A stretch of DNA of 64,000 nucleotides, taken from Eledone cirrhosa (taxonomy: Eukaryota). Every line of letters begins with the position of its first letter. The first letter of the stretch is position 1. The position numbers were made by a program, and so were the translations under genes. The notes below the pieces were generated by a model. That model was not told the origin of the DNA. It worked only from the letters and a program-made list of their open reading frames with translations, and ran no database searches. Below, in pieces: positions 1-14,153 of the stretch. The DNA lies in assembly GCA_964016885.1 (NCBI GenBank), contig OZ024743.1, positions 312,232,001-312,296,000 of the forward strand, read 5' to 3'.

Positions 1-3000
1 ACAAAAATATTGAATATTTCTTTCAGAATTGCTTTGTACAATGTTGAAATCTTTTGATAAAGCAGAACCACTCAAAGGATTTAAGTCTGGCATATGTTGC
101 AACTTAGAATTAAGGTTTGTATAATAAGGTTCTAGATTCACCTGAGTGCTAGAAGTAGATGATTCTGGTTTTTGCAAAAAGAATAATTCTTTGGATAAGT
201 TACTATATTTATTCCATTTAGAATACTCTGTATTAGTTTCTGACAGATATGTTTTGGTCATATTTTCTTGGTATAATTCTACACAACTTGAATTAGAGGC
301 ACCTGGAATATTTCTACTTTCTTCATAATTGGCAACTTTGTTTAATTCCTCTTCTTCAGTCTGTAGATGGTCTTTTTTATGATGATTAGAACGTTCACTC
401 TTTGATAAACTTTCAGAAAGTACTCCTATAGATGTTGCTCTTTCTTCTTCTTCTTCACTGCTGCTACCATAATTATTTAATAACACTACATTAAATGGTA
501 TATATTCCTTAGTTCTATCTTCTGGTACATTACGTAAAGCCCTACCACTGAATTCACCTAATTTCTGCTCCCTATTATCAATGTTTTTCCCAAGGCCCTC
601 TTGTTCCATTTCATCAGAAGAAATACATGGAAACAAATGTTCAGTTTTACTTAACAAATTACCCAAACATTGAGTTTTATGTGGCTTTGTGCAAGAATAA
701 ACTGAATGCCCCAAATTAGAGAAATCTGCATCTTCTATTTTCTTAGAAGGAGATATTCTATCTACATATCTTGTATTATAAGTATCTTCAAAACTGTTAA
801 CCATAATTCTATCTCCAACTCTACTTTGTAATGCATCTTGGAACAATGATAACCTTTGAAGATGAATATCACTTTGTACTTCAGGAAGGAATTGGTTTGG
901 TGAAAAACTCACTTGGTTTATTGGAGGGAAACTGCAGAAATTCTGTACAGTTTCAGATAATTCAGTAGAATTACTTCTTTGGTAAACAGAAGCAGTGTCT
1001 GTCAAACTGATTGGCTGTTTGTATTGTTTTTCTGTGAAATATTCAGTAGAAGTTGATTCTTTGGAATGCAAGTCAGAATTTAAACATAAACTAGAATTTG
1101 GTATATCTATAGTGTCAAACTTTCCAGTTTTATACAAAATAGCATCATTAGATTCACTTTCAGTATCAAAATTAAAAACAAAGGGTTTTTTTGCTCTATC
1201 TTCATAATTATTATCAAATCTATAAATCTCAGTAGAGTCATTCTTTGAAAGAATATCACATTCTTGAACATTGATAGTAGTTGAAATGGGAATTGTATGA
1301 TTCCATGAGACACTAGGTAAATGAACACCAATTTCCCCAGAATCATCAAAGAAAGTATGGGATTGATCTCCAGGCATAAGCTTCTCTGTAGAATAAGATT
1401 TTAGGTTTAAATTTGGAAATTTTAACTCAGTAAAATCTTTTGAAATTTTCAGATTGGATTTTACATAATTTTCAGCACTCCTGTAAGTCTGAAGAAAAGA
1501 TGAAGAAGTCAGAAACTTTCGCTCAACAAAATTATGAAGATGTTCGTTTTGTCTTTTGGACAAAGTTTGTACATTAGCAGATATTTCAGATAGCTGCTTC
1601 ATATGATTATTTAATATTACATCATGATTTTCTCTAAGTGAAGTATATTTCTTCTCAGATTCCTTTAATAAACTAATACCATCTATCCTGCAAGGGAAAC
1701 TTTCCGTCACTGTCAAATGGTTCTCCAAAACTGGTATTTCTTCAGGTTTCTCAGCTTTTGTTGTTGCCAAATTTCCCCCTCCTACATTTGAACCTCTATC
1801 TTCACCCTTTTCTCCAGTTTGTATTTTATCTAGAGACTTCTTTCTCAACAAATTAGAAAGCTTTGATGATAATGAATGGTGAGATTCAGCCATTAGTTTA
1901 TCTTTCAGTGTTGTAGTATCATCGGGAAATTGTTTATCACAAAATTTTTCTCTAAAACTTGATAGTTTGGAATCATTTGGTGAAATCAGACTCTCACTAA
2001 TTAGAACTGAACATTTTTTGGTTCCAACTGAAGAAAACTGTCGAATTGACTTGGAAGATCTGAATTGATCTAAAATAGATCGAGTGGGAGGTTTCATTTC
2101 AGATGGAACTCTAGTCAAATCAGTTCTCATTTTGCGGAAAGCTGATGGAAGTGCCATTTTTGTTGCATGATAATGTTCCTTGTTGGGAGATATGAATCCT
2201 TTCCAACTAGTAACATTTGACTCACTTGGTTTGTATTGAAGAATTTTACCATTTCCATGAGGACTTGAATCCTTTTTTCTCTGGGCTGAGATGTTTCTGT
2301 TGGTATCTTCAGCACACTTGACTCTCTCATTTGAAATGGGATCTTCTTCCACTGTACTGGGGGTTTCAGTAAATGTGCTTATAGAATCCGTCAATAATTC
2401 TGTACAAGAGTTCAATAAGGTAGTGGAATTAGGAGATGATTTAACAAGAGGAGTTTCATTATCTTCAGTTAACAACACATGAACATCTTCAGTTAACTCA
2501 TCAGTATCTTCAGTTAAATATTCATTCTCGTTTGGATCTTCAGAATTATGCTGTAATCGGTCCTCAACCAAACAATGATTGATAATTTTGTTGTCATCAT
2601 CATCATTCTTAGAAAACTTTGAGGGAATATCATCATCATCATCATTGTATTGTTCATGCAAGCTGGTTTTAAAGAGGTGTCGTTTAATTGGCAGGGACTT
2701 AAGGGCACGGGATTTCACATTATCATATAATTGGTCTTCAATATTATCATCAATATCTTTATCTGGGTCTCTCATTTCAGATTCTAAAGGTGACAGTCTA
2801 CCATTTAGTTGAATCTTAGAATCTTTCTTTAATTCTGAAGCCAGGGAGTCTACAGTCATAAGGTTTTCTTTCTTTATAAAATCCAAACACATTTGTTCCA
2901 CAGTATGCAACAGTTGTTCCATTTCAATAAATTCGACCATGGTTTTAGCTGGGTCAAAGGTTATGTCATATACATTTAAAGGACACTTAATGTTCAATAG

Positions 3001-3691
3001 AAAAATAGGATATTTGTTAGATAATTTAAGAGGGCTTAGCTTTACCCCATACTCTGAAGTCTGCTTCTGTTTAACAATCAAAGACTTTTTAAGAACTTTA
3101 TTTACTACTTTATGAATCTTCGTATTTAGTATGAGGCGGTTATTTATGTAGATAAACTGAATATCTTTCCTACAATGGCTATCTCGTCCAATGTATCCAC
3201 TGAGTGAAAAATAACCAGAATTATGAGAAACATCACAGAGACTTTGTGACTTAGAATGACCAAAAAGATAAGAGAATGTATTCAACAAGCTACTCGTTTT
3301 GTGTGTCTGTAGCAGAGTAGAACCAGTGACGTCATTGCGAAGAGTTATTGATAATTTGGGCTGTAACAACGACAATGCTTGAACACGGTGACAAATATTT
3401 TCAAGCTCTAAACTTAACCTAATTGATTTTTGTCGTACAGGAAGGTTGTAGAATAAGTTATGCAGTGTAATGGTCGTTCCTGCACTAGGACGTGGATGTT
3501 TTGATTCTATGGTAGGTAAAGGCTTCCCGTGTTGGAAGATCTTATTATAGGTCTGAGCCGAGAGTTGTGTACGAGTGTTTATCTCTAGCAATGAAGAAAT
3601 GGTACAGAGACTAGCCAAAGCTTCTCCTCGGTATCCAAAATAATTCAGAGAATCCAGATCTTCCAGACTTTGACATTTACTGGTTGAATAC
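1..3691 (-). CDS. MLH3: MLH3 large coding exon (rest of the GHKL ATPase domain, transducer domain, long low-complexity linker); runs off the window edge
   Basis: Acceptor tttttgtag|G at 3692/3691. The frame continues from the upstream exon as R-YSTSKCQSLEDLDSLNYFGYRGEALASL (MutL GxRGEAL motif). It was open at every spot-check down to position 1. It is presumably missing from the ORF track because there is no stop in the window. A very large early coding exon is typical of MLH3. Confidence 0.9.
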
Positions 3692-4009
3692 CTACAAAAA
3701 ACATAAGTCAACATTATAACAACCACAAGAACTGAGAAATTCTTAAAATATTTCAACAAATCATTTTTTTCATTCTCCAAGGTGCTACTCAATATGATAG
3801 AACCAAAGCCCATGTGTTTGCAAAGTGAAATCCTTAACCACACAGCCATATCTGTACTTATTAATAGTCTGTGTAAGCATGAAAAATGTAATTATATTAA
3901 AAATAACACTTTAGAGATTTAACTTTTTTGATACCAAATTGTCTGAAACTGCCCCTGATTCTATGATCTTTTCTGTTTTAAAGTGTTCATCAATGTCATT
4001 ATCATCGTT

Positions 4010-4440
4010 GTCCATGTTTGCATGGGTTGAATGGGTCTTTTCTAGCTTAGCCTCATTGTGTTTTGAGATTATTTCTCATCACTTGTGCCCAGGTTTTCCA
4101 TCTTTCTCTACTGCAGCTTCATTTCATTATGGTCACTTGTGTCCATACCACAGCAATCTTCTCTCTTGCATACTATCTGATTCCTTTTATGCTTAGTTTT
4201 TCTTTCAGATCTTCCATGCTTTGCTGTTCATGTACATTAACAGTATACAATCATCGGAGCATGCTCAACTTGTTTCAGTCCAGCCATTATATATCTTTAC
4301 ATTCACTGCCCATGTCTTACTATCATGCAACAACACATTGCACATGCAGGCGTCTTCCAGCCTGCCTTTTGCTCATAGGGAGAAACCCATTGGCTTTTAC
4401 TCCTCCCTTCCTTCTTCTGATGACTGAGTTCTGAAGCTGG
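4010..4440 (-). mobile_element. Degraded 3' fragment of an RTE-type LINE in the MLH3 intron
   Basis: Reverse complement resembles 21990-22460 (ggtttctccctatg..aaaagg, ...catgcaaacatgga..gatgataatgac). Confidence 0.6.
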
Positions 4441-5039
4441 CAAATTATTGCAGCAACACCAGGAATTCTTTTAGAGCCAAGTACCCCAACTTAGACCTAC
4501 CTCTCTAATACCCACATACATGCACCACATCCTCCCCCAAACCCCCACCTTTCACATGATACACCCCCTCTTGTCCAACCCATGCATACAAACTTGGAAA
4601 ACTGGACATGCTTTCCCACAATGCTGCTGAAATTGTTAAAAGCTCTCAGTTCACTCTGTAAGGTGGTCATGCTGGTGACAACAAATGCCCCTAGTCTACC
4701 AAGTAAGGTGCTCATGCTAGTTACATGAGAAAAGAACACCTGGTCAACTCTGTACACTAGTCCTGTTGGTGACACAACAAAAAGCACTGTATCCATCATG
4801 TCAGTTGGTTGTTTTGGTGCCACAATAAAAAGCACCCAGTCCACGAAATAAATGTGGTTGGCATAAGGAAGGGAATCTAGCTGTAGAAACTAAGCCAGAA
4901 ACAGTTCTGTATGAGCAAGGCATGGTCATCTGATCTGGCTAGTCTCTGTACCATTTCTTCATTGCTAGAGATAAACACTCGTATCATGAAAAAATAGACA
5001 ATAAACGATGATGATGATTAAAACATTTAACTCTCTTAC

Positions 5040-5254
5040 CTTTGTCCAACTTTATCAAGCTGTTCAGCAGCAATGCCACACCCATTGTCCACAACCTGAA
5101 TACGGAAACAGGAAAAATCAACTCGAACAGCAATACACTTAGCACCAGCATCAACTGAATTGAGCAGTAATTCTTCAACACATTGAGTGACACTAGTTAT
5201 AGCTACCCCTGACCGAATACAGGATTGAACACTGGCTGGTAGCTGCTTAATCAT
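5040..5254 (-). CDS. MLH3: MLH3 first coding exon (MutL N-terminus)
   Basis: MIKQLPASVQSCIRSGVAITSVTQCVEELLLNSVDAGA...VVDNGCGI. Kozak-type GCCACCATG start. Donor AG|GTAAGA at 5040/5039. Acceptor ttctttttttcag at 5268-5280 shows there is an upstream non-coding exon. Confidence 0.93.
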
Positions 5255-5329
5255 GGTGGCAGCTCATCTGAAAAAAAGAAGCAGATATTACTTATTTATG
5301 TGTCTGTTTTAGATGTTTGCTGTGTACAT

Positions 5330-5640
5330 CATCATCACCGTTTAATGTCCATGTTTGCATGCTAGTATGGGTTAGCCAAGTTGTCCCATTGAGACAAGTT
5401 AGATCAGGTGACCATGTCTTGCTCATACAGAACTGGATTTGGCTTGGTTCTACGGCTGGATGCCCTTCATAATGCCAACCACATTTACAGTGTGTACTGG
5501 GTGCTTTTTATCGTGATGCCCCCCCCCCCCCCCCACAATCACTTTACAGTGATACACTATACCCTTGTATTTGTAAGTGGCGACTAAAAGGGTTGATGTC
5601 AGGAATGGCATCTAGTCATAAAATACTACCTCAAAATTCT
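5330..5640. mobile_element. RTE-derived short repeat
   Basis: Contains ctacggctggatgcccttc..aatgccaacc, a motif I recognise from RTE 5'-UTR-derived repeats. Confidence 0.5.
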
Positions 5641-5933
5641 TGTTGTCTATTATATATATATATATCTGTGTGTGCGTTTAAGACCATCTTAGAAGAAGAA
5701 TGCACTGCCCAACATAAGATGGTTATATTATATATCCAATCCTACATAAACAAAGTGTCCTTCCTTTAAGACAGTAGATGATATTTGAAAGATATTTGAC
5801 TACTATTTCTAGCAGGTTAAGCAACTGCATAGAAGATATCGTTGGGTCATTCATGACGTAAATATGTGTCAGGAGGAGGTAAGTTTTGAGTAAATGTAAT
5901 GTGTAAGCAGACGTGAAATGTAAACACCACAAT

Positions 5934-6070
5934 AGCTGGTATATGCTCAGGTCAGATGTAAAATGTAGGCCCCCACCAAAGCTGGTAACAGGTTCAGATC
6001 AGATATAAAATGAAAGACCCACCAAAACTGGTGATAGGCTCAGGTCAGCTATAAAATGAAAGACCCACCA
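5934..6070. repeat. ~53-bp tandem repeat, ~2.6 copies
   Basis: Repeated ctggt..aggctcaggtcag.tataaaatgaaagacccaccaa. Confidence 0.75.
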
Positions 6071-6747
6071 ATAAACAACCATCCGATTATTGAACCAACT
6101 AATCGAAAATTTGTAATAAATTGAAATGAAAACCAACAGGTGCATACGTTTTTATTGACAACATGACCCTCCTAAAGTATAACTATATGTTTCAACAAAC
6201 GTTTTCAGATAAGAAATCATGCAAAACAAATTAAAAAACGAAGTATATATATATAATAAAATTAACGGGGGTTGCTGGTGTTAATCAAACGGTCGCGGCC
6301 AGCATCTAGCTCACTCAATGAATTTGCCAATATATGATTTGAAATCAGAAGGTAAAGAAATACCACAGTAGCTAAATACCACAAGTTATTGTTTCCGACG
6401 TTCTACCTACTGAAAAGGATTTGTGTGTTCATTAAGGTCCAAATAGATTTTGGGGAAATCATATCACATCTGTTAGTTCATGTTAGTGTATAAACAAGTG
6501 TATGTCTGAACGAAGCATGCGAAATGTATTCGGTGAATTAGTAAATCCTTGAGCTTTTTCTTTGTCCGTTGTCATGTAATTTCAGTATTATATGTAAGGA
6601 CAGACACATTTAGTATTATATTTTTTTAGGTAAGTCCCAATAATGAAAGAATACCTTTTCGTTAACTATATTACAAAATCAATTAATTATTGCTAGGAAC
6701 CTAATAAATATAATACTCAACGAAATAGTTTATTCATTCGATATCTA

Positions 6748-6904
6748 CGAGGGCCGGTTGAAAAGTTCATACGTTGATTAAGATACTCTCATGGAATGAC
6801 CAAATGAGAAACAATGCTGTTGTTAATAAGAATAGTTGAAATAAATGCTTGCAAGAATTCACAGCTCTTCATAGTCAGCCTATGCTCTTTTCAGCCGACA
6901 CTCG
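6748..6904. mobile_element. Mariner-type MITE
   Basis: TA|CGAGGGCCGGTTGAAAAGTTCATA ... TATGCTCTTTTCAGCCGACACTCG|TA: ~24-bp imperfect TIRs with a TA TSD. Confidence 0.75.
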
Positions 6905-7189
6905 TATTGTCAATAATAACTGTACTTTTGCTAAGCTTAGGTCGTATATTAAATAGCGACATGCACGTGAAACTACAACAGGGGACTGACTAACACTATG
7001 TAGGAAACAGTAGTAAAAAATAAGACAGAATCCCTTAAAGTGCACGAAGTAGATATCTTCTGTTAACACAGCTAACATGTAAACAAACATTTGTCTAATG
7101 AAAACGACGTTTTATCATAGCAAAGCAATGGCCACACCAAATATTTCATAATTTGATATAAGCACAGTTAATAGTAGCATGTGTTGTAA

Positions 7190-7330
7190 TACTTACTGGT
7201 TATTGTTAACAGTTAAGATATTTCCCATTTTAATTTATTAAACATTTGTCCAGAGATTACATCTCTTTGCTGCGTCCACATGTGGCCATGTTATGTTTGT
7301 TTGCGCATGTATCACCGTTAACTTCCGGTG
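7190..7330 (-). promoter_or_regulatory. Candidate MLH3 promoter / non-coding first exon
   Basis: ETS/GABP-type CCGGAAGT at 7321-7328 and donor-like CCA|GTAAGT at 7197/7196, in the last non-repetitive DNA before the repeat field. Inference only. Confidence 0.3.
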
Positions 7331-7951
7331 TAACATATCTCACTACAGATGAAATTGTAGGCCTATTCTTGGTTCTACAGATGCAACAGAAGGCCTATTA
7401 TAGGCAGTGTCTTTTGATTGGAAATATAGTAACAAAAAGGGTTAAGTCGGTAACAGTGAAATATACGTGGCAACAAGAAAAATAAAATAGAAAAGAAAAA
7501 AAGGAATTAAGTAACGAAAGAAGGAGAGGGACACTGTAGCGTACTTAGAGGAGAGTGGGGTTCAGGCGACACTTTTGGGTCTGCTGTTGGCTATAAGAGT
7601 TCTTTTAAGAGTTGGCTATAAGAGTTCTTTTAAGAAAGAGATGGGAGCACAACATCCCGGAATGGACAGGCATGAGGCTGAGTGCAACCAAAAAAGAAGG
7701 CAGAGAGGCGACAGGAATACAAGGAACTGATTACCAGGTCTTCCTAGGCACCCCAACGGCACCAGACTACGGGACAGATAGATATATGGTGAAAAGCACA
7801 TACATTTTATTACAGTTGTATACATTTACAGTAGAATAACGTTGCAAATATGTTTTAAATATATACATAAATAACATAAGAAATGTGTAAATAACTCCAA
7901 AAATTGCTCGCAATTCGTTCAGAAGGACAAATATGTCTAAACCGTGTATAA

Positions 7952-8359
7952 TAATTGTTTCTACTTTTGGCACAAGGCTAGCGTATTCCAGTGTATTACT
8001 CGTACTTTATTTTATCGACCCCGTAAGGATGAAAGGCAAAGTTAACCTTGGTGGGATTTGAACTCAGTCCGTAAAGGGACGTAACTGTGCTGCAAAGCAT
8101 GGCGTCCGACCCTCTACCGATACTGCCAATCCACCATAATAATGGTTTCTTATATAGGCACAAGGCCAATAATTGTTGGGGAGGGGAAAGTAGATTAAAT
8201 CGACCCCAGTGCGTGACTGGTACTTTATTTTATCGACCCCGTAAGGATGAAAGGCAAAGTTAACCGCGGCGGGATTTGAACTCAGATCATAAAGGGACGT
8301 AATTCTATGCTGCAAAGCATGGCGTCCGTCCCTCTACCGATACTGCCAATCCACCATAA
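7952..8359 (-). mobile_element. Two tandem copies of a tRNA-derived SINE (Nin/Deu-type central domain)
   Basis: Minus strand has A-box TGGCAGTATCGG, B-box GAGTTCAAATCC and gcctttcatccttacggggtcgataaaata. Same family at 19445-19580(-), 23985-24085(+), 34687-34785(+), 41330-41520(-), 55615-55800(+) and 59950-60095(-). Confidence 0.85.
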
Positions 8360-9822
8360 TCTATATATATAAAACTGAGGTTGTCTGTCTGTCTATCGAT
8401 TTTTGGCACACATCTCCTCTTAGAATCTCTCACGGAATTGCACCGAAATTGCTATACTTGTACATTGAGCCCTAGCGAAGACATCGGAAAAAAAATATTT
8501 CAAATTGACCCGCCCTATCTGACGAAATCTCTATATATAAAACTGAGGTTGTCTGTCTGTCTATCGATTTTTGGCACACATCTCCTCTTAGAATCTCTCA
8601 CGGAATTGCACCGAAATTGCTATACTTGTACATTGAGCCCTAGCGAAGACATCGGAAAAAAAATATTTCAAATTGACCCGCCCTATCTGACGAAATCGAA
8701 TATAATGTATCGATTTTTGAGCGTAAGTGATCAGTTATTTCCCTTTGTTCTGTTTACATTCAGCGTAGCGTCTTACGTTCTCTTTACATTTTCTGCGTGC
8801 AAAAATTAAAAAAATGATTTCCCTTTGTTCTGTTTACATTCAGCGTAGCGTCTTACGTTCTGTTTACATTTTCTGCGTGCAAAAATTAAAAAAATTACGC
8901 TGGCAAAAATTAAAAAAATTACGCTGGCTTTCTCAGCGTTTAAAATGACATTAACACAATACACGAACAGTTGTCGAGCCAGCAAAATTTTGACCTGCAA
9001 AATTCATCAGTTCGAACACTAAGCTTCCGTTTTGCTTCATTTCCATTTAAAAGCCTTTTAAAACAATATTTTTACTTGAAAACAAGTCTATTTAAAGACT
9101 ACGTAAAACAAGCAAATATTTCGTAAAAAAAAGCAAAAATTATATAAGTTTATTTAAAATATATGTATCTGTAAATTTCGTTAGGCGTGCAGACAGACAG
9201 TCGTGCAGACAGATAGTCGTGCAGACAGACAGTCGTGCAGAGAGGTGATATACGCGTGCAGACAGATAGTCGTGCAGAGAGGTGATATAGGCGTGCAGAC
9301 AGACAGTCACGCAGAGAGGTGATATAGGCGTGCAGACAGATAGTCATGCAGAGAGGTGATATAGGCGATTATTTCCCTTTTATGGAATGAGCAGACGATT
9401 AGCGAATGTGCAGACGATTAAGTAAATCTTTAGTAGAGTGAATTGGAATCTCCAGTTTGTTTAATAGCTTCATTTGCACTGTACTGCCTTTGTATGCTAC
9501 AACGCTTTAAAAGTTCGGCGAGTTCATTACTTCGTAAGTTATTGATATTTATTTTTTTATTACGACGGTTAGCAAACTTTCCCTATTAAACGTTTAAATT
9601 AATTTTACGGTCTTATAAGGCTGAATTTACTTTAATTCGGGTTATCGTTATGTTTTCTTAACTTCATAAAGCATATTGTTGGTTGAGGGAATATTAATCA
9701 AAAACACCACATGCAAGTCTGCACAGTAGACACTACAGTTTTTAAGCCAAAAAAGAAACTTAACATTGTAACTTTAACACAGCTACTGAGCGACCCCGAG
9801 CAACGCCGGGCTTTACTGCTAG
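8360..9822 (+). mobile_element. Non-autonomous Helitron with internal duplications and a (GACA)-rich minisatellite
   Basis: 5' TCTATATATATAAAA. 3' hairpin CCCGAGCAACGCCGGG followed by CTAG|T. The 5' ~170 bp is duplicated at ~8530. Minisatellite at 9185-9370. Confidence 0.85.
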
Positions 9823-9825
9823 TAA

Positions 9826-10301
9826 TCTATATATATAAAACTGTGGTTGTCTGTCTGTCTATCGATTTTTGGCACACATCTCCTCTTAGAATCTCTGACG
9901 GAATTGCACCGAAATTGCTATACTTGTACATTGAGCCCTAGCGAAGACATCGGAAAAAAAATATTTCAAATTGACCCACCCTATGTGACGAAATCGAATC
10001 TAATGTATCGATTTTTGAGCGTAAGTGACGAGTTATTTCCCTTTGTTCTGTTTACATTGAGCGTCTTACGTTCTGTTTACATTTTCTGCGTGCAAAAATT
10101 AAAAAAATTACGCTGGCTTGGTTGTCTGTCTGTCTATCGATTTTTGGCACACATCTCCTCTTAGAATCTCTGACGGAATTGCACCGAAATTGCTATACTT
10201 GTACATTGAGCCTACAGTTTTTAAGCCAAAAAAGAAACTTAACATTGTAACTTTAACACAGCTACTGAGCGACCCCGAGCAACGCCGGGCTTTACTGCTA
10301 G
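9826..10301 (+). mobile_element. Second, internally deleted Helitron copy in tandem
   Basis: Same 5' TC terminus and the same 3' hairpin + CTAG terminus. Confidence 0.85.
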
Positions 10302-10403
10302 TACAATATAAATTCATGAACAAAAATGATAAAGGAAAGAAAAAAGTGAGGCGGGCAATTCACCACCAAGTGTGACAATCTGCAACACCCCACACCTTGG
10401 GGG

Positions 10404-11050
10404 TTAACTGTACACTTTCAGGCAAGCCAACACGCTCGCAGCATTACGACGGGTGATGGCGAGGCTAAGGCGGTGAAATAACCAGGCACCCTCAGGGGCA
10501 TCACCTGACACCTCAGTAAGGTGAGCCTCCAGTGAAGACAAGAACTTCGCTGTCAGTGGCCCAACTCCACCGAACGTCTCAAATGCCACAGTCTGAAAAA
10601 AATAATTGTTTGATAAGTCCTGGCATTTCCGAATTTTATTCCGTTCGACAGCGGAAGCAGAGACTCCCATATTCACCATGATATTGGAGAGAGCAAAAGA
10701 GTCACTGACTGTGACGTCCCAGATAAGACACCTGCCTCTCACCCAGGGACAAAGGGTATGACCGTCTGGTCTCTTCCCATCACTTCTGGATAAACCAGCC
10801 GACTCTCAGAACTGTGGGGATATTAACCCAAGCCAGGGCCCGTTTGATGATCAGGTTTAGCTCGGTGTGACGGGCAAAACTACCTGCATTCAGGCGGCAA
10901 GACTAACCATGTAAACCTGTGGAATCGAGGGATCTACCACAGCGGCATCTCAGACCCCGACAGGCGTCGGCTCTCACACGAAGTGCAATGGGGATGCAGA
11001 GTTCGTCCTGACTGAGAAGGCCACCAATGTTGGCCACAGGCAAGGCATCA
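10404..11050 (-). mobile_element. CRE-clade non-LTR retrotransposon 3' fragment (Zn-knuckle and REL endonuclease)
   Basis: GRCLIWDVTVSD...VAFETFGGVGP...WLFHRLSLAITRRNAASV, with DGKRPDG upstream. Confidence 0.8.
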
Positions 11051-11509
11051 ATCCAGTCCCACGCGAACTTTGCGCTAGCAGAAAGTAAGCAGCACCTAGA
11101 AAATTGATCGAAAAGATCAAAGAGACAGTTGAAAGTTTCCTTCGAACGCAGATTGTGACATACTCTCTGATTACGTCTATTCTAATCAGTAACTGGAACT
11201 GACAAACCCAGCTCTCTCCACTGTAGTAAAGCTTCATCCAACTCCCTTGAGGAACTAGTCCAAGTTGGGAAGGAGAGGATGTCACCTACTATAGTAGTTT
11301 CTTAATAATATTACAATTTGTTTATAATTCTTACAGAATGAAAATACAAACACATATAATAAATACAATTAATTATTGCTAGGCACCCCACAAATATAAT
11401 GAACAAAGATACACGATCAAAGCGAGAGGTAAAGAAAAGGAAAGAATACAAGCGAGAGGAAAAGAAAAGGAAAGAAAACAAACAAACACAAAAAAAAACA
11501 ACCACCAAT

Positions 11510-12050
11510 TCACCACCAAGTGTGACAATCGGTTACACACCACAGAGTCAACAGAAAATTTTGAGGCAAGCCAACACATCACAGCATTACCGCACGTGAT
11601 GGCGAGGATCAGGCGCTGAAACAACCAGGCACCTCGACGTGCATCACCTGACATCTCGGTAAGGTAAGCTGCCAACGATGATAAGAGCGGTGTTTCAGTT
11701 GCGCCCCGCGGATAAAGTGACTAAGTTATTGCCGTGGAGAATGGCCATTGACACCCGCTGCTACAGCTACCCGACATCACGGGGCTCTTTTCTTAGATGG
11801 GTCTTTCCGATTATACGAAGGAAATCAGAAGTGCGGGGGATGAAACACTTAAGGTCTCAACGGAGACCGGTACAAAGAGGAAGCGGTTGGTTAAGCCCTG
11901 ATATTAGTTATCTTCCCCTCTTCTGCGTTGCGGGCAGCTGTGTTCAGGTTTGCAGCCGAAGCGACGAGGTAGGTTGGAGGCGGAGAACGAGTTGCAATAC
12001 GTCGTCCCCCAGATTAGGGATTTATCTCCTTCGGATGAGAAGAGGGTTAT
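11510..12050 (-). mobile_element. Two further CRE-like 3'-end fragments
   Basis: GAWLFQRLILAITCGNA (11550-11675) and PRTSDFLRIIG...QRVSMAILHGN (~11720-11840). Confidence 0.6.
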
Positions 12051-12067
12051 TTCGTCGGCACTATTTT

Positions 12068-13150
<1,083 letters not shown>

Positions 13151-13154
13151 CCAT

Positions 13155-13368
13155 TGTTTTCTCAGATGTGAGAAAAACCACAGACCCTCCATCTCAACTC
13201 TACTTTTGAAAAGCAGAAGAACTGCAAAACCGGTAAAGGAACCAAATAAATATATATATTTTTTTAAAAATAAGACTCCAGTTGCATTTTCGTTTTCATC
13301 TTTTTTTCTTTATACTTTCACTCGTGTAGGACACCTCGGTTATTTTTCATTTTGTAAAAAAACCTCAC

Positions 13369-13375
<7 letters not shown>
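13155..13375 (+). mobile_element. Short PLE-like pLTR family with U3-A8 hammerhead (copies 41765-42140, 57320-57440)
   Basis: Shared cagatgtgagaaaaaccacagac...ctcactttctaa(TA)n. Tiny 5' hairpin ttttctca-gatg-tgagaaaa. Confidence 0.75.
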
Positions 13376-13434
<59 letters not shown>

Positions 13435-13551
13435 TTAATATAGAAATGGCTTCTACAGGACTAGAACTGTTTCATTCGGGAGAAATCATCAGGAAGCCCT
13501 ATTTATATATATAAATATATAAAAGAATAGAGGTGTAACACACGAGTTATG

Positions 13552-14076
13552 ATATATTGGTAAACGGAAAAGAAAATGCTGACAAATTGTGTACCTTGAA
13601 AAATAGTTTAATTAGGAATAAGTGAAAATTACTAATAGTATTGGTTAGTATTCAGTTTTGGTTTCAAGTTTTACCGGTTGCGCATTTCTAATGCTTTTCA
13701 AAAATAATTTTGAGATAGAGCGCCCGTGGTGTTTGCTCTAATCTGATTAGTTTTGGAAATTCTACCTGTTTTATGTGAAAAAAGTGGCTCCAGATGTATT
13801 AAAATAAGTTTCGCGCCAATTCGTGTTGCAAAAATTCTTGTGGTCAAAACAATTTTGATTGGTCGGTAGAGGTCATGTGAATGTTAAAAATTGATTTTGC
13901 GCCAAATGTAGGTTTGTGTCGGCTGATTGAGAAGTCACTGAAAAATAAGTCTTTCAAAACAAATATGTGTGTGTGTGTGTATGTAGTAGTAGTAAAGAGG
14001 TTCGTTGTTGTGATAATGGTCAGCAGAGATGTGTGTGCGAACCGCAGCCTGTTGACAGTTCAAATGCCTATTAAGA

Positions 14077-14153
<77 letters not shown>

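Noticed and set aside
146-2812. Short ORFs overlapping the MLH3 exon
   Set aside because: Shadow frames of the long minus-strand exon.
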